Positions 1 to 9,126 of a DNA stretch of 64,000 nt are shown here, piece by piece (within the stretch, counting starts at the first letter, position 1; each line of letters opens with the position of its first letter). The stretch covers positions 1 through 64,000 of the IMG/VR virus record IMGVR_UViG_3300029448_000003. One strand, written 5' to 3'. Position numbers and translations under genes: made by a program. The notes below the pieces were generated by a model, which was not told the origin of the DNA, searched no databases, and saw only the letters and a list, made by a program, of their open reading frames with translations. Origin of the DNA: a virus.

Positions 1-83
1 CAGGGCTTGTGCCTTTATCAAATGATGACTATGCAAAACAAGTTGATGCATTATCAACATTAAAGGAAAACAAACATGATTGA
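1..83 (+). CDS. pstS: 3' end of pstS (partial)
   Basis: Encodes GLVPLSNDDYAKQVDALSTLKENKHD*, the same as the C-terminus of 55876..56916. Confidence 0.9.
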   Translation, partial: GLVPLSNDDYAKQVDALSTLKENKHD

Positions 84-207
84 TTGGGATAAAATTAAAT
101 TTGATATGTGGAATAAAAGATTTGGTGAAGGAACAAACTTTGATTTAGATTATGGTAAGTTACTTATCATAGGTTTACTTATTTATCATATCTTCTTTCA
201 AGGCTAG
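76..207 (+). CDS. 43-aa small membrane protein (MIDWDKIKFDMW...LLIIGLLIYHIFFQG)
   Basis: Read manually; ortholog at 56909..57040 differs mostly by synonymous changes. Confidence 0.8.
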   Translation: MIDWDKIKFDMWNKRFGEGTNFDLDYGKLLIIGLLIYHIFFQG

Positions 208-209
208 TT

Positions 210-482
210 ATGGCAGCTACACTTGATAAATCTAAAATGGCTTGTAATAAGCCAAAGCGAACACCTGACCATCCTACAAAATCACATGTAGTAAAAGCAT
301 GTAAGGGTGGTAAAGAAAAAATTATTCGCTTTGGTCAGCAAGGTGTAAAAGGTGCAGGTAAAAATCCTACAAGTAAAAAAGATAAAGCACGTAAGAAATC
401 CTATTATGCTCGTCATAATGCACAAGATTCTAAACCTGATATATTTAGTGCAAGATATTGGTCACATAAAGTAAAATGGTAA
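210..482 (+). CDS. Basic conserved phage protein
   Basis: 90 aa, K-rich, RFGQQG and RKKSYYARH motifs; tightly packed in operon. Confidence 0.75.
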   Translation: MAATLDKSKMACNKPKRTPDHPTKSHVVKACKGGKEKIIRFGQQGVKGAGKNPTSKKDKARKKSYYARHNAQDSKPDIFSARYWSHKVKW

Positions 483-494
483 GGAAAAAATTTA

Positions 495-782
495 ATGGGT
501 AATGTAAAGAAAGCAAAGAAAACAATTAAGAAAGTAGTTAAAGGATTGCAAAAAGCAAGTCAGTCACATAAAAAACAAGCTAAAACTTTATCGGCATTGA
601 AACTAAGTAAAGGTAGTTCTGTCAATGCTGCAAATAATTATACAAAACCTACAATGCGTAAAAATTTATTTAATCAAATAAAAGCAGGTGGTAAAGGTGG
701 TAATCCCGGTCAATGGTCAGCTAGAAAAGCACAGCTACTAGCATCAAAATATAAAGCCAAAGGTGGGGGATATACAACATAA
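495..782 (+). CDS. Basic phage protein (DUF5872-like)
   Basis: NYTKPTMRK...GQWSARKAQLL...YKAKGGGY; ortholog 57312..57590. Confidence 0.75.
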   Translation: MGNVKKAKKTIKKVVKGLQKASQSHKKQAKTLSALKLSKGSSVNAANNYTKPTMRKNLFNQIKAGGKGGNPGQWSARKAQLLASKYKAKGGGYTT

Positions 783-1030
783 TGGGATTAGGAAAATCAC
801 AAAGGTCATTAAAAGCATGGACAAAACAAAAATGGCAAACCAAATCTGGAAAGCCCTCATCGAAAACTGGAGAAAGATACTTACCAAAGAAAGCAATAAA
901 GTCGTTGACATCTGCCCAGTATGCAGCAACGACAAAAGCCAAACGGCAAGGAACAAAGCAGGGCAAACAGTTTGTGAAACAACCGAGTTCGATTGCAAAA
1001 CAAACAGCTAAGTATAGGAGATATACATAA
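782..1030 (+). CDS. Basic phage protein (DUF5872-like)
   Basis: LKAWTKQKW...GERYLP; TAATG coupling to upstream gene; ortholog 57590..57838. Confidence 0.75.
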   Translation: MGLGKSQRSLKAWTKQKWQTKSGKPSSKTGERYLPKKAIKSLTSAQYAATTKAKRQGTKQGKQFVKQPSSIAKQTAKYRRYT

Positions 1031-1431
1031 TGTTTGGATTAAGTTCAATACTAGGACCAGTAACAAATCTTGCAGGTACGTGGTTACAGGGTAAGATGGA
1101 TAAAGCTAAAGCCGAAACAGAAGTAAAGGTTGCTCGTGCTAAAGCAGAAGCTAAAGTCTACGAGACAGAAGCTACATCTAGTATGTTAATGGAACAGAAC
1201 CTCACCAATCAAATGGCAGGTTCTTGGAAGGATGAATTTTGGACAATTATTTTTGGTGGCATTCTTGTAGCATGTTTTCTACCTTGGAGTCAGCCGTATG
1301 TAGCAGAGGGTTTTACCTTCCTAAACGAAAGTACACCACCTTGGTTTAGTACATGTTTATATATATGTATAGGTAGTAGCTTTGGATATAGGTTTGGTAA
1401 GACAGGTATGCAGTTAATGGGTAAGAAATAG
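1030..1431 (+). CDS. Putative holin
   Basis: N-terminal amphipathic helix, coiled coil, SWKDEFW then two TM segments; close to lysozyme. Confidence 0.6.
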   Translation: MFGLSSILGPVTNLAGTWLQGKMDKAKAETEVKVARAKAEAKVYETEATSSMLMEQNLTNQMAGSWKDEFWTIIFGGILVACFLPWSQPYVAEGFTFLNESTPPWFSTCLYICIGSSFGYRFGKTGMQLMGKK

Positions 1432-1433
1432 TT

Positions 1434-1688
1434 ATGGCTTGTGATGTTTGTGATGGTGATTGTAAATGTGGACAAGGTGATTTAATTCCTGATAAAATGG
1501 CATATCAGATAAACAAAAGGAGAATGGCATGGGTTTTAATTATTCTTATGGGTATTACCACTATCCTAACTTTGGCATTTCCAGACAGACTCGCAGAAGC
1601 AGAAAGTATACTTATGACACAGTATATTTCAATGTGTGGACTGGTTGGAGCATATTTCGGTTTTAGTGCAATAAGTGGAAAAAAATGA
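1434..1688 (+). CDS. Two-TM membrane protein (holin-like)
   Basis: RRMAW + TM, GLVGAYFG + TM; ortholog 58246..58497. Confidence 0.7.
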   Translation: MACDVCDGDCKCGQGDLIPDKMAYQINKRRMAWVLIILMGITTILTLAFPDRLAEAESILMTQYISMCGLVGAYFGFSAISGKK

Positions 1689-1855
1689 TTAAAGCAAACG
1701 GATGGAACAATCACGAAGATACATTTGAAGAAACTTTACGTAGAGAACTTTTAGAAGCTAAGAAAATAATATTTTTATTACAAGAAGATTTAAAACAAAT
1801 AACAGAAGCCTACTACAAGGCGATTAGCAAAAATAAAAAAAACAAGGTACATTGA
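1685..1855 (+). CDS. 56-aa coiled-coil protein (NGWNNHEDTFEETLRRE)
   Basis: Read manually; ATGA overlap with upstream stop; ortholog 58752..58919. Confidence 0.8.
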   Translation: MIKANGWNNHEDTFEETLRRELLEAKKIIFLLQEDLKQITEAYYKAISKNKKNKVH

Positions 1856-1862
1856 TGATTGT

Positions 1863-2114
1863 ATGGAAGGAATACTACAGTATTGGGAACAATTAATTTT
1901 TTTCTTGACAGCATTAGTGGTAGCTGTTAAACTACACACAGATGTTACAACACTCAAGAAAGATGTAGAAAAATTAGAATCAGATTGCCAAAAAGCAAAT
2001 GATAAAATACAAGATAACTTTGTAAGTTCTGTAAGAACTGAAAGTGCTGTAAAAGAAACCGAAAAAAAGATAGAGTCTTTATTTATATTACATAATAAAA
2101 AGAAAGAAGATTAA
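1863..2114 (+). CDS. TM + coiled-coil protein
   Basis: N-terminal TM; near-identical ortholog 58504..58746. Confidence 0.75.
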   Translation: MEGILQYWEQLIFFLTALVVAVKLHTDVTTLKKDVEKLESDCQKANDKIQDNFVSSVRTESAVKETEKKIESLFILHNKKKED

Positions 2115-2569
2115 TGGAAACATTTACTGATAGACTACGAGAGGAATTAAAAATTGATGAAGGATGCAAATACGAAGTATACTTGGACCACCTTGGACTA
2201 CCTACGTTTGGTATCGGACATCTCATTACTGAAAAAGACCCTGAACATCAAATGGGGATGGGCACACCAATTGATGAAATACGAGTCAACGAAGCGTTTG
2301 AACAAGACGTATATGTAACAATTGGTGAATGTAAAATATTATTTGATGATTGGGATAAATTACCTGAAGAAGTTAGATTGATTATAGCTAATATGATGTT
2401 TAATATGGGTAGACCACGATTATCTAAATTTAAAAAAATGATACAGGCTATTCAAGATGGCAATTGGTTAGAAGCAGGAAATCAAATGAAAGATTCCAGA
2501 TGGTACAAGCAGGTAACAAACAGAGCAGACAGACTTATATCTCGCATGAAAGCAGTAGGCTTGAGTTAG
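2114..2569 (+). CDS. Endolysin, GH24 T4-type lysozyme
   Basis: DEGCKYEVYLDHLGLPTFGIGH with E-x8-D-x5-T catalytic triad; NMMFNMG; SRWYKQV. Confidence 0.92.
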   Translation: METFTDRLREELKIDEGCKYEVYLDHLGLPTFGIGHLITEKDPEHQMGMGTPIDEIRVNEAFEQDVYVTIGECKILFDDWDKLPEEVRLIIANMMFNMGRPRLSKFKKMIQAIQDGNWLEAGNQMKDSRWYKQVTNRADRLISRMKAVGLS

Positions 2570-2647
2570 AAAAACAAAAGCATAGAGCCGAACACATAAA
2601 AAATTTAAAATTATTTTTTAAGCCAAGAAAAAGGGAGTTTATTAAAC

Positions 2648-2848
2648 ATGAGTAACGTATATACAATAGAAGCTAAATCATACACAACACCAAGTGGTGT
2701 TAATAAAGGTCAAAATGTTACATACACGCAAAGACTAAAAGAAATAGATACTGAAAAAAAGAAAAAGAAAGCTATGAAAAATATAAAAACTGCGGCAAAA
2801 AAAGCCTTTGGTCATACAGATTATATAAAAACAGGTATGTTTAGGTAA
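2648..2848 (+). CDS. Small basic hypothetical protein
   Basis: 66 aa with RBS; coupled to TerS-like gene. Confidence 0.65.
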   Translation: MSNVYTIEAKSYTTPSGVNKGQNVTYTQRLKEIDTEKKKKKAMKNIKTAAKKAFGHTDYIKTGMFR

Positions 2849-3225
2849 TGGCTAGAAAACTAACCGAACGACAGCAAAAGTTTCTTAATGCATTATTTGC
2901 AGATGCTAATGGTAGTATTAAAGATGCAAAGATTATTGCAGGTTATTCTACTTCAACTAATAACCAAGAAATAATTAAAGCATTAAAAGAAGAGATACTT
3001 GAAGCTACACAAATATTTATGGCAAGTAATGCACCTCTAGCAGCAATGGCTATGGTGGGTGGTTTGTCTGACCCAACAGAGTTAGGCATAAGAGATAAAA
3101 TGACTGCGGCAAGAGAGCTTTTAGATAGAAGTGGTCTTGTTAAAACTGAAAAGATGCAAGTCGAATCAACAGGTGGGGTAATGTTAATGCCACCTAAAAA
3201 AGCTCAAGAAGAGGAAGATAACTAA
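2848..3225 (+). CDS. Terminase small subunit-like protein
   Basis: LTERQQKF...AKIIAGYS HTH pattern, AARELLDR; upstream of TerL. Confidence 0.7.
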   Translation: MARKLTERQQKFLNALFADANGSIKDAKIIAGYSTSTNNQEIIKALKEEILEATQIFMASNAPLAAMAMVGGLSDPTELGIRDKMTAARELLDRSGLVKTEKMQVESTGGVMLMPPKKAQEEEDN

Positions 3226-3620
3226 TGGCACTAACCAAATTACTAAAAAAGGGAATAAAAAAAGTAGTAAAGAAAAAAACTACACCTAAAAAGAAACCCA
3301 TGTCTATTGAAGCAAGGAAAAAAGCAAAAGCAACTAAAAAGAAAACAAATCAACTATTAGCAGCATATAAACCTGCTGATTCTGCTGGAGGGGGAGCACG
3401 TAAACATTACGACAAGGACATTGTAAAAAAAGCTGCTGCTAATATAGCTCGTATAGCAAAAAAACGTGGTATAACACAAAGAGAATTTAGAAAAAATAAT
3501 GTAAATAATGTAAGTGTTAGAACTGTATATAATAATAATCCTAATATTGTAATACAAGATGGTGGTTTTAAACTATTTGATGAGCTTGAAGGTGACCCAA
3601 GGTACACAAATATTTATTAG
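3225..3620 (+). CDS. Lys-rich hypothetical protein (absent from B)
   Basis: 131 aa, amphipathic cationic N-terminus. Confidence 0.7.
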   Translation: MALTKLLKKGIKKVVKKKTTPKKKPMSIEARKKAKATKKKTNQLLAAYKPADSAGGGARKHYDKDIVKKAAANIARIAKKRGITQREFRKNNVNNVSVRTVYNNNPNIVIQDGGFKLFDELEGDPRYTNIY

Positions 3621-3624
3621 AAAA

Positions 3625-4041
3625 ATGACAAACAGAAAACTTGGTAGTTGGGAATTACCACAACCCATAGACATAAAAGAAGAAAATGAATGGCAGGCTA
3701 TTCCAAGAGTAGCAAAGACAGTACCTTTTGGGTATATAGTAGACCCTGAGAACGAACATATACTAAGACCAGTACCAACAGAACTTGATGCGTTAGCAAA
3801 AGCAAAAGAACATTTAAAACAATATTCGTATCGACAGGTATCTAACTGGTTATCTAAATTTACAGGGAGAAGTATATCCCATATAGGATTAATGAAAAGA
3901 GTAAAGCGTGAGCAAAAACGTAAGAACCAAGCTAGAACTCTCCGTGTCTGGGCAGAATATGCAGAAAAGGCAATCCAAGCGGCGAAAAAACTTGAAGAAG
4001 AAAGAACCGGTAGTCAAACAACAATTGCAGCCAACGGCTGA
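3625..4041 (+). CDS. Conserved protein upstream of TerL (probable DNA-binding)
   Basis: VPFGY...SYRQVSNWL...ISHIGL; ortholog 61306..61731; start placed at ATG 3625. Confidence 0.7.
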   Translation: MTNRKLGSWELPQPIDIKEENEWQAIPRVAKTVPFGYIVDPENEHILRPVPTELDALAKAKEHLKQYSYRQVSNWLSKFTGRSISHIGLMKRVKREQKRKNQARTLRVWAEYAEKAIQAAKKLEEERTGSQTTIAANG

Positions 4042-5461
4042 TTTAGTTGAAGCGTTACCACAAGAAGAACAGAATGTAGTCTTTCAACCAAACGAAGGAC
4101 CACAAACAGAGTTTCTTGCAGCAGGAGAAAGAGAAGTTTTATATGGTGGTTCAGCAGGAGGTGGAAAAAGTTATGCAATGTTGGCAGACCCTTTACGTTA
4201 CATGGGTCATCCATCATTTAGTGGCTTACTACTACGACATACTACAGAAGAATTAAGGGAACTAATATTTAAATCACAAGAGTTATATCCTCAAGTATGG
4301 AAGGGTATAAAGTGGTCAGAACGTAAGATGCAATGGTTAGCTCCATCAGGTGCTAGACTTTGGATGTCTTATCTTGATAGGGATGATGACGTTATGCGTT
4401 ATCAAGGTTTGGCATTTAGTTGGATAGGCTTTGACGAATTAACACAATGGGCATCTCCATTTGCATGGAATTACATGCGTTCACGTTTACGTTCTACTGC
4501 ACCTGACTTGCCAATCTTTATGAGAGCAACAACAAATCCGGGTGGTATAGGACATCAATGGGTTAAAAAAATGTTTATTGACCCAGCACCTTTTGGAAAA
4601 CCTTTTAATGCTACAGACATCGAAACAGGAAAAGAACTTACATACCCAACAGGACATGTTAAACAAGGCAAACCTTTATTCAAACGGAGATTTATTCCTG
4701 CAAGACTATCTGACAATCCATACCTCTCAGAAAGTGGTGACTATGAAGCAATGCTCCTCTCACTACCAGAACATCAAAGAAAACAATTACTTGAAGGTGA
4801 TTGGGATATTAAAGAAGGTGCTGCTTTCTCAGAGTTTAATAGGGATATACATGCTATTGAACCATACTCTATACCGAATAGTTGGATTAAGTTTAGGGCT
4901 TGTGACTATGGGTATGGGAGTTATTCAGCAGTTTTATGGTTTGCTGTTTCGCCAGCAGAACAATTAGTAGTATATAGAGAACTATATGTTTCTAAAGTTC
5001 TTGCTACTGATTTAGCAGATATGATACTAGACTTAGAAGCAGAAGATGGAAATATTAAGTATGGTGTTTTAGATTCTAGTCTTTGGCACAAAAGAGGTGA
5101 TACTGGACCTTCTCTTGCTGAACAGATGATACTTAAAGGATGTCGCTTTAGACCTTCTGATAGAAGTAAGGGTAGTAGAGTATCAGGTAAAAATGAAATA
5201 CATAGACGATTACAGGTTGATGAATTTACAAGTGAACCTAGATTAGTGTTTTTTAATACATGTAGTGAAACAATTTCACAACTACCTTCAATACCTTTAG
5301 ATAAAAAGAACCCTGAAGATGTAGACACAAAAGCAGAAGACCACTTGTATGATGCATTAAGATATGGTATAATGTCAAGACCAAGATTTAATATATTTGA
5401 TTACGACCCTAACTTTGCTAAAACTACATACAACCCATCAGACACAACATTTGGATATTAA
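3908..5461 (+). CDS. terL: Terminase large subunit
   Basis: Walker A GGSAGGGKS, Walker B IGFDE, coupling motif TTNPGG, nuclease ACDYG and DHLYDALRY; true start uncertain. Confidence 0.95.
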   Translation: MSKNVRTKLELSVSGQNMQKRQSKRRKNLKKKEPVVKQQLQPTADLVEALPQEEQNVVFQPNEGPQTEFLAAGEREVLYGGSAGGGKSYAMLADPLRYMGHPSFSGLLLRHTTEELRELIFKSQELYPQVWKGIKWSERKMQWLAPSGARLWMSYLDRDDDVMRYQGLAFSWIGFDELTQWASPFAWNYMRSRLRSTAPDLPIFMRATTNPGGIGHQWVKKMFIDPAPFGKPFNATDIETGKELTYPTGHVKQGKPLFKRRFIPARLSDNPYLSESGDYEAMLLSLPEHQRKQLLEGDWDIKEGAAFSEFNRDIHAIEPYSIPNSWIKFRACDYGYGSYSAVLWFAVSPAEQLVVYRELYVSKVLATDLADMILDLEAEDGNIKYGVLDSSLWHKRGDTGPSLAEQMILKGCRFRPSDRSKGSRVSGKNEIHRRLQVDEFTSEPRLVFFNTCSETISQLPSIPLDKKNPEDVDTKAEDHLYDALRYGIMSRPRFNIFDYDPNFAKTTYNPSDTTFGY

Positions 5462-5466
5462 ATTAA

Positions 5467-7596
5467 ATGGAAGAAAACGAAAACATAAATATTGAAGATA
5501 ATGCAGCAGCTTTAGATGACATTAAAGATGTATCAGATGAAGATATAGCAACACATAGCTTAGTGCGTTTTGTTACTGAAAAATTTAAAAGAGCAGAAGA
5601 TGCTAGAGATAGTGATGAAGATAGATGGTTAAGAGCCTATAGAAACTATAGAGGTATCTATGGTGCTGACGTACAATTTTCTGAAGCAGAGAAATCTAGA
5701 GTCTTTGTAAAAATAACTAAAACAAAAACACTTGCAGCCTATAGTCAAATTGTTGATGTGTTATTTGCAGGTAATAAGTTTCCAATTAGTATTGAACCTA
5801 CAGAATTACCTGAAGGTGTATCTGAAAATGTTCATATTAATATTGAACCAAATCCAATGGAAGACCAAGAAAAACCACAGGAGCTTCCGTTAGAATTTAA
5901 AGATGGTGAATTACCTAAAGGATATAGAGCAGGTATTCAACTAGGACCTTTAGAACAAAAACTTAGTCAACAAGCAGATAGTATAAAAGAAGGAGTAGGA
6001 ACATCTCCTAAGTCTGTAACATATAGTCCTTCTTTAATTGCAGCAAAATCTATGGAAAAGAAAATAATGGACCAGCTAGAGGAGTCGCATGGTACAAAAC
6101 ATTTACGTAGTACTGCATTTGAGATGGCATTGTTTGGTACTGGTGTAATGAAAGGACCTTTTGCTGTAGATAAAGAGTATCCTAATTGGGGAGAAGATGG
6201 TGAGTATGAAGCTATTGTAAAAACTGTACCTCAAGTTTCTCATGTATCGGTATGGAATTTTTATCCTGACCCTGATGCTAGTCACATGAATGATGCACAG
6301 TATGTTGTAGAACGTCATAAACTTTCTCGTTCACAATTACGAAACTTAAAGAAGCGACCTTTCTTTAGAGATAATGTTATTGAAAGTTGTATACAACAGG
6401 GTGAGTCCTATCAACGAAAAGAATGGGAAAATGATTTAGCTGATTATACAAATGATTTAGATATAGAACGATTTGAAGTATTAGAATACTGGGGTGTTGT
6501 AGATAAAGAACTATTAGAAGTTAATGACATTCCTGTACCTAAAGAATTTAAAGATATTGACGAAGTTCATGCAAATATTTGGATAGTTAATGGTAAATTA
6601 ATTCGTGCTGTATTAAATCCATTTAAACCTTCACACATTCCATACATGGCATCTCCATATGAGTTAAACCCATATTCATTTTTTGGTATTGGTATTGCTG
6701 AAAACATGGATGACACACAAACATTAATGAATGGTTTTATGCGTATGGCAGTTGACAATGCTGTATTGTCTGGAAATCTTTTAATAGAAGTAGATGAAAC
6801 TAATTTAGTTCCGGGACAAGATTTATCTGTGTATCCGGGAAAAATATTCAGGAGACAAGGTGGTGCTCCGGGACAAGCTATCTTTGGAACAAAGTTTCCA
6901 AACGTATCAAATGAAAATATGCAGTTATTTGATAAAGCTAGACAGCTATCTGATGAAAGCACAGGCTTTCCATCCTTTGCTCATGGGCAAACAGGAGTTA
7001 CAGGAGTTGGAAGAACAGCTAGTGGTATCTCAATGTTAATGAATGCTGCAAGTGGTGGTATTAAAACAGTTATTAAGAATGTTGATGACTATTTACTACG
7101 ACCTTTAGGAGAAAATCTGTTTAGATTTAATATGCAGTTTGACTTTGACCCTAAAATTAAAGGGGATTTAGAAGTAAAAGCTAGAGGAACAGAAAGTTTA
7201 ATGGCTAATGAAGTGCGTAGTCAAAGATTAATGCAATTTTTAGGTACAGCAAGCAACCCAGCACTCGCACCATTTGCAAAGTTTCAGTATATTATTAGGG
7301 AAATTGCTAAATCAATGGACTTAGACCCTGATAAAGTTACTAATAACATAGATGAAGCTATGTTACAAGCAAAAATGATGCAGGGAATGCAACAACCACA
7401 ACCTGAACAGCAAGGAAAGCCACAAGCAGGTGCTGATGCTAACGACACAAGTGGTAGTGGTGGTGGACAAGTAGGAGTAGGTCAAGCACCTACACCAAAT
7501 GAACAAGGATTTACAGGTAATGCACAAGGAGAAACAGGTACTGTCGCACCTCAAGCCGCTGGTGGACAACAAACGACTACTGGACAGCTTCAATAA
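5467..7596 (+). CDS. Portal protein (P22-like)
   Basis: 709 aa directly after TerL; FGTGVMK, FYPDP, FFGIGI, RTASGISML motifs; Q-rich tail. Confidence 0.88.
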   Translation: MEENENINIEDNAAALDDIKDVSDEDIATHSLVRFVTEKFKRAEDARDSDEDRWLRAYRNYRGIYGADVQFSEAEKSRVFVKITKTKTLAAYSQIVDVLFAGNKFPISIEPTELPEGVSENVHINIEPNPMEDQEKPQELPLEFKDGELPKGYRAGIQLGPLEQKLSQQADSIKEGVGTSPKSVTYSPSLIAAKSMEKKIMDQLEESHGTKHLRSTAFEMALFGTGVMKGPFAVDKEYPNWGEDGEYEAIVKTVPQVSHVSVWNFYPDPDASHMNDAQYVVERHKLSRSQLRNLKKRPFFRDNVIESCIQQGESYQRKEWENDLADYTNDLDIERFEVLEYWGVVDKELLEVNDIPVPKEFKDIDEVHANIWIVNGKLIRAVLNPFKPSHIPYMASPYELNPYSFFGIGIAENMDDTQTLMNGFMRMAVDNAVLSGNLLIEVDETNLVPGQDLSVYPGKIFRRQGGAPGQAIFGTKFPNVSNENMQLFDKARQLSDESTGFPSFAHGQTGVTGVGRTASGISMLMNAASGGIKTVIKNVDDYLLRPLGENLFRFNMQFDFDPKIKGDLEVKARGTESLMANEVRSQRLMQFLGTASNPALAPFAKFQYIIREIAKSMDLDPDKVTNNIDEAMLQAKMMQGMQQPQPEQQGKPQAGADANDTSGSGGGQVGVGQAPTPNEQGFTGNAQGETGTVAPQAAGGQQTTTGQLQ

Positions 7597-7744
7597 TTAT
7601 ATAGATTTACTTATTTATCAAAAACATAAAGTTCTTGAGCAGAGTAACGAATTAAATGTTGTACATAGAGCACAAGGTTCTATTGCAACATTGCGTAGAT
7701 TAAAATTATTACGAGATGAAGTAATAGGAGCAGAGAAAAAATGA
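7520..7744 (+). CDS. Small conserved protein after portal
   Basis: HRAQGSIATLRRLKLLRDEV motif typical of post-portal genes; overlaps portal 3' end. Confidence 0.7.
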   Translation: MHKEKQVLSHLKPLVDNKRLLDSFNNYIDLLIYQKHKVLEQSNELNVVHRAQGSIATLRRLKLLRDEVIGAEKK

Positions 7745-9111
7745 AAGAACAAATGAAAATATTTCAAGATGGTGGATTAGAACAAGATGGTGGCACAAAA
7801 GACCCTGTGTCTGGTAACGATGTTCCTGTTGGTTCTATGCAAGAAGAAGTTAGAGATGATGTACCTGCAATGGTATCAGAAGGTGAGTTTGTATTTCCAG
7901 CTGATGTAGTTAGATACTTAGGTTTAGAACGACTTATGAAGATGAGACAAGAAGCTAAAGCAGGTTTAAAGATGATGGAGAAAATGGGACAGATGAGTAA
8001 TGATTCTTCTGAATTACCTGATGATGTTCCTTTTACCCCTGAAGATATTATGGCTGAAGATGATGATGGCAACATGGGTGAGCTTGTTATTGTTAAAGCT
8101 AAAGATGGTCAAGACATTAAGAAAACAAATGTGTCTGAAAAATATAATCAATACATGTCTGGTACTGGAATAAAACAACAAATGTTTATTAATCCTGAAA
8201 CAGGTGACGAAATATTAGTATATAATGTAGGAGGTCAACTAATACCAGACCCCGGTCCGGGATATGTACTAAAAGGAACTGAAGTAGCTGCTGATAGTGC
8301 AATACAAGAGTCAATTCAAACAACAAGTCCAGTTGCTGAAAGAGAAGAACGAGATGGTTCTACAACAATGTTTGAAGGAAAAATTGTACCACGAGGTCAT
8401 TCAATAACTTTAGGAGCAGATAATGCAGACTTTGTAACAAAACGTGGCGATGATAAATTTATTAGAAGTATTGTTAATCCAAAAACTGCTCCTGCAGGTT
8501 GGAGTACTCAAAATCAATTTGAGATGGAACAATTACAAAAGAAAAATTATTCTGTTAAAGCTCTATGGAATGGACAAGAGTGGGATGTATACTCACCTCA
8601 ACTAGATAATTCAGCTTTTGGAACTCCCGGAAGAAGGGGACTTAAACCTAAGTATAATCTAGGTCAAGCAATTAAAGCTGGTGCAGAAGCCTTTGGTAAA
8701 GGTGAAGGAATTATGGGAGTTATTAAAGGTGCTGGATTGGGTAATCAACAAAGCTATATAGATAACTTACAAAGTGCTGAAAAGGAACTAGGCAAAGTAA
8801 AACTTGATAAAAATTTAAATCTTAAAACTAGCAAAGGTACTACACGTAATAAATCTCCTCTAGAGATAGAAGCAGAAAATAAAAATACTGCTAAAGTTGG
8901 TACTACAGCAACAAGCAGTAGTAGTAGCTCTTCTGCAAATACTGATGATAGTAATAGAGAACAAGAAAAAGCTGAAGGAAGAAGCAAAGAAGAAGTAGAC
9001 CAAGCAGAGAAAGCCTTTAAAGAAGCTACATCAGGAAAAGGAAATAAATTTGATAGTATAGGTGCTCAAGCATTTATGAAGCAAGGTGGGTTAGCTTCTA
9101 AGAAAAAATAA
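7741..9111 (+). CDS. Head-associated protein with DDVPAMVSEGEFVF domain
   Basis: 456 aa between portal and scaffold. Confidence 0.7.
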   Translation: MKEQMKIFQDGGLEQDGGTKDPVSGNDVPVGSMQEEVRDDVPAMVSEGEFVFPADVVRYLGLERLMKMRQEAKAGLKMMEKMGQMSNDSSELPDDVPFTPEDIMAEDDDGNMGELVIVKAKDGQDIKKTNVSEKYNQYMSGTGIKQQMFINPETGDEILVYNVGGQLIPDPGPGYVLKGTEVAADSAIQESIQTTSPVAEREERDGSTTMFEGKIVPRGHSITLGADNADFVTKRGDDKFIRSIVNPKTAPAGWSTQNQFEMEQLQKKNYSVKALWNGQEWDVYSPQLDNSAFGTPGRRGLKPKYNLGQAIKAGAEAFGKGEGIMGVIKGAGLGNQQSYIDNLQSAEKELGKVKLDKNLNLKTSKGTTRNKSPLEIEAENKNTAKVGTTATSSSSSSSANTDDSNREQEKAEGRSKEEVDQAEKAFKEATSGKGNKFDSIGAQAFMKQGGLASKKK

Positions 9112-9126
9112 ATAACCCATATTTGT

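Noticed and set aside
763-1011. Alternative-frame ORF with CPVC, also seen in B (57625..57825)
   Set aside because: Explained by conservation of the overlapping real gene; start positions differ between copies.
3985-3991. AAAAAAC slippery site in the terL overlap
   Set aside because: Not conserved in copy B.
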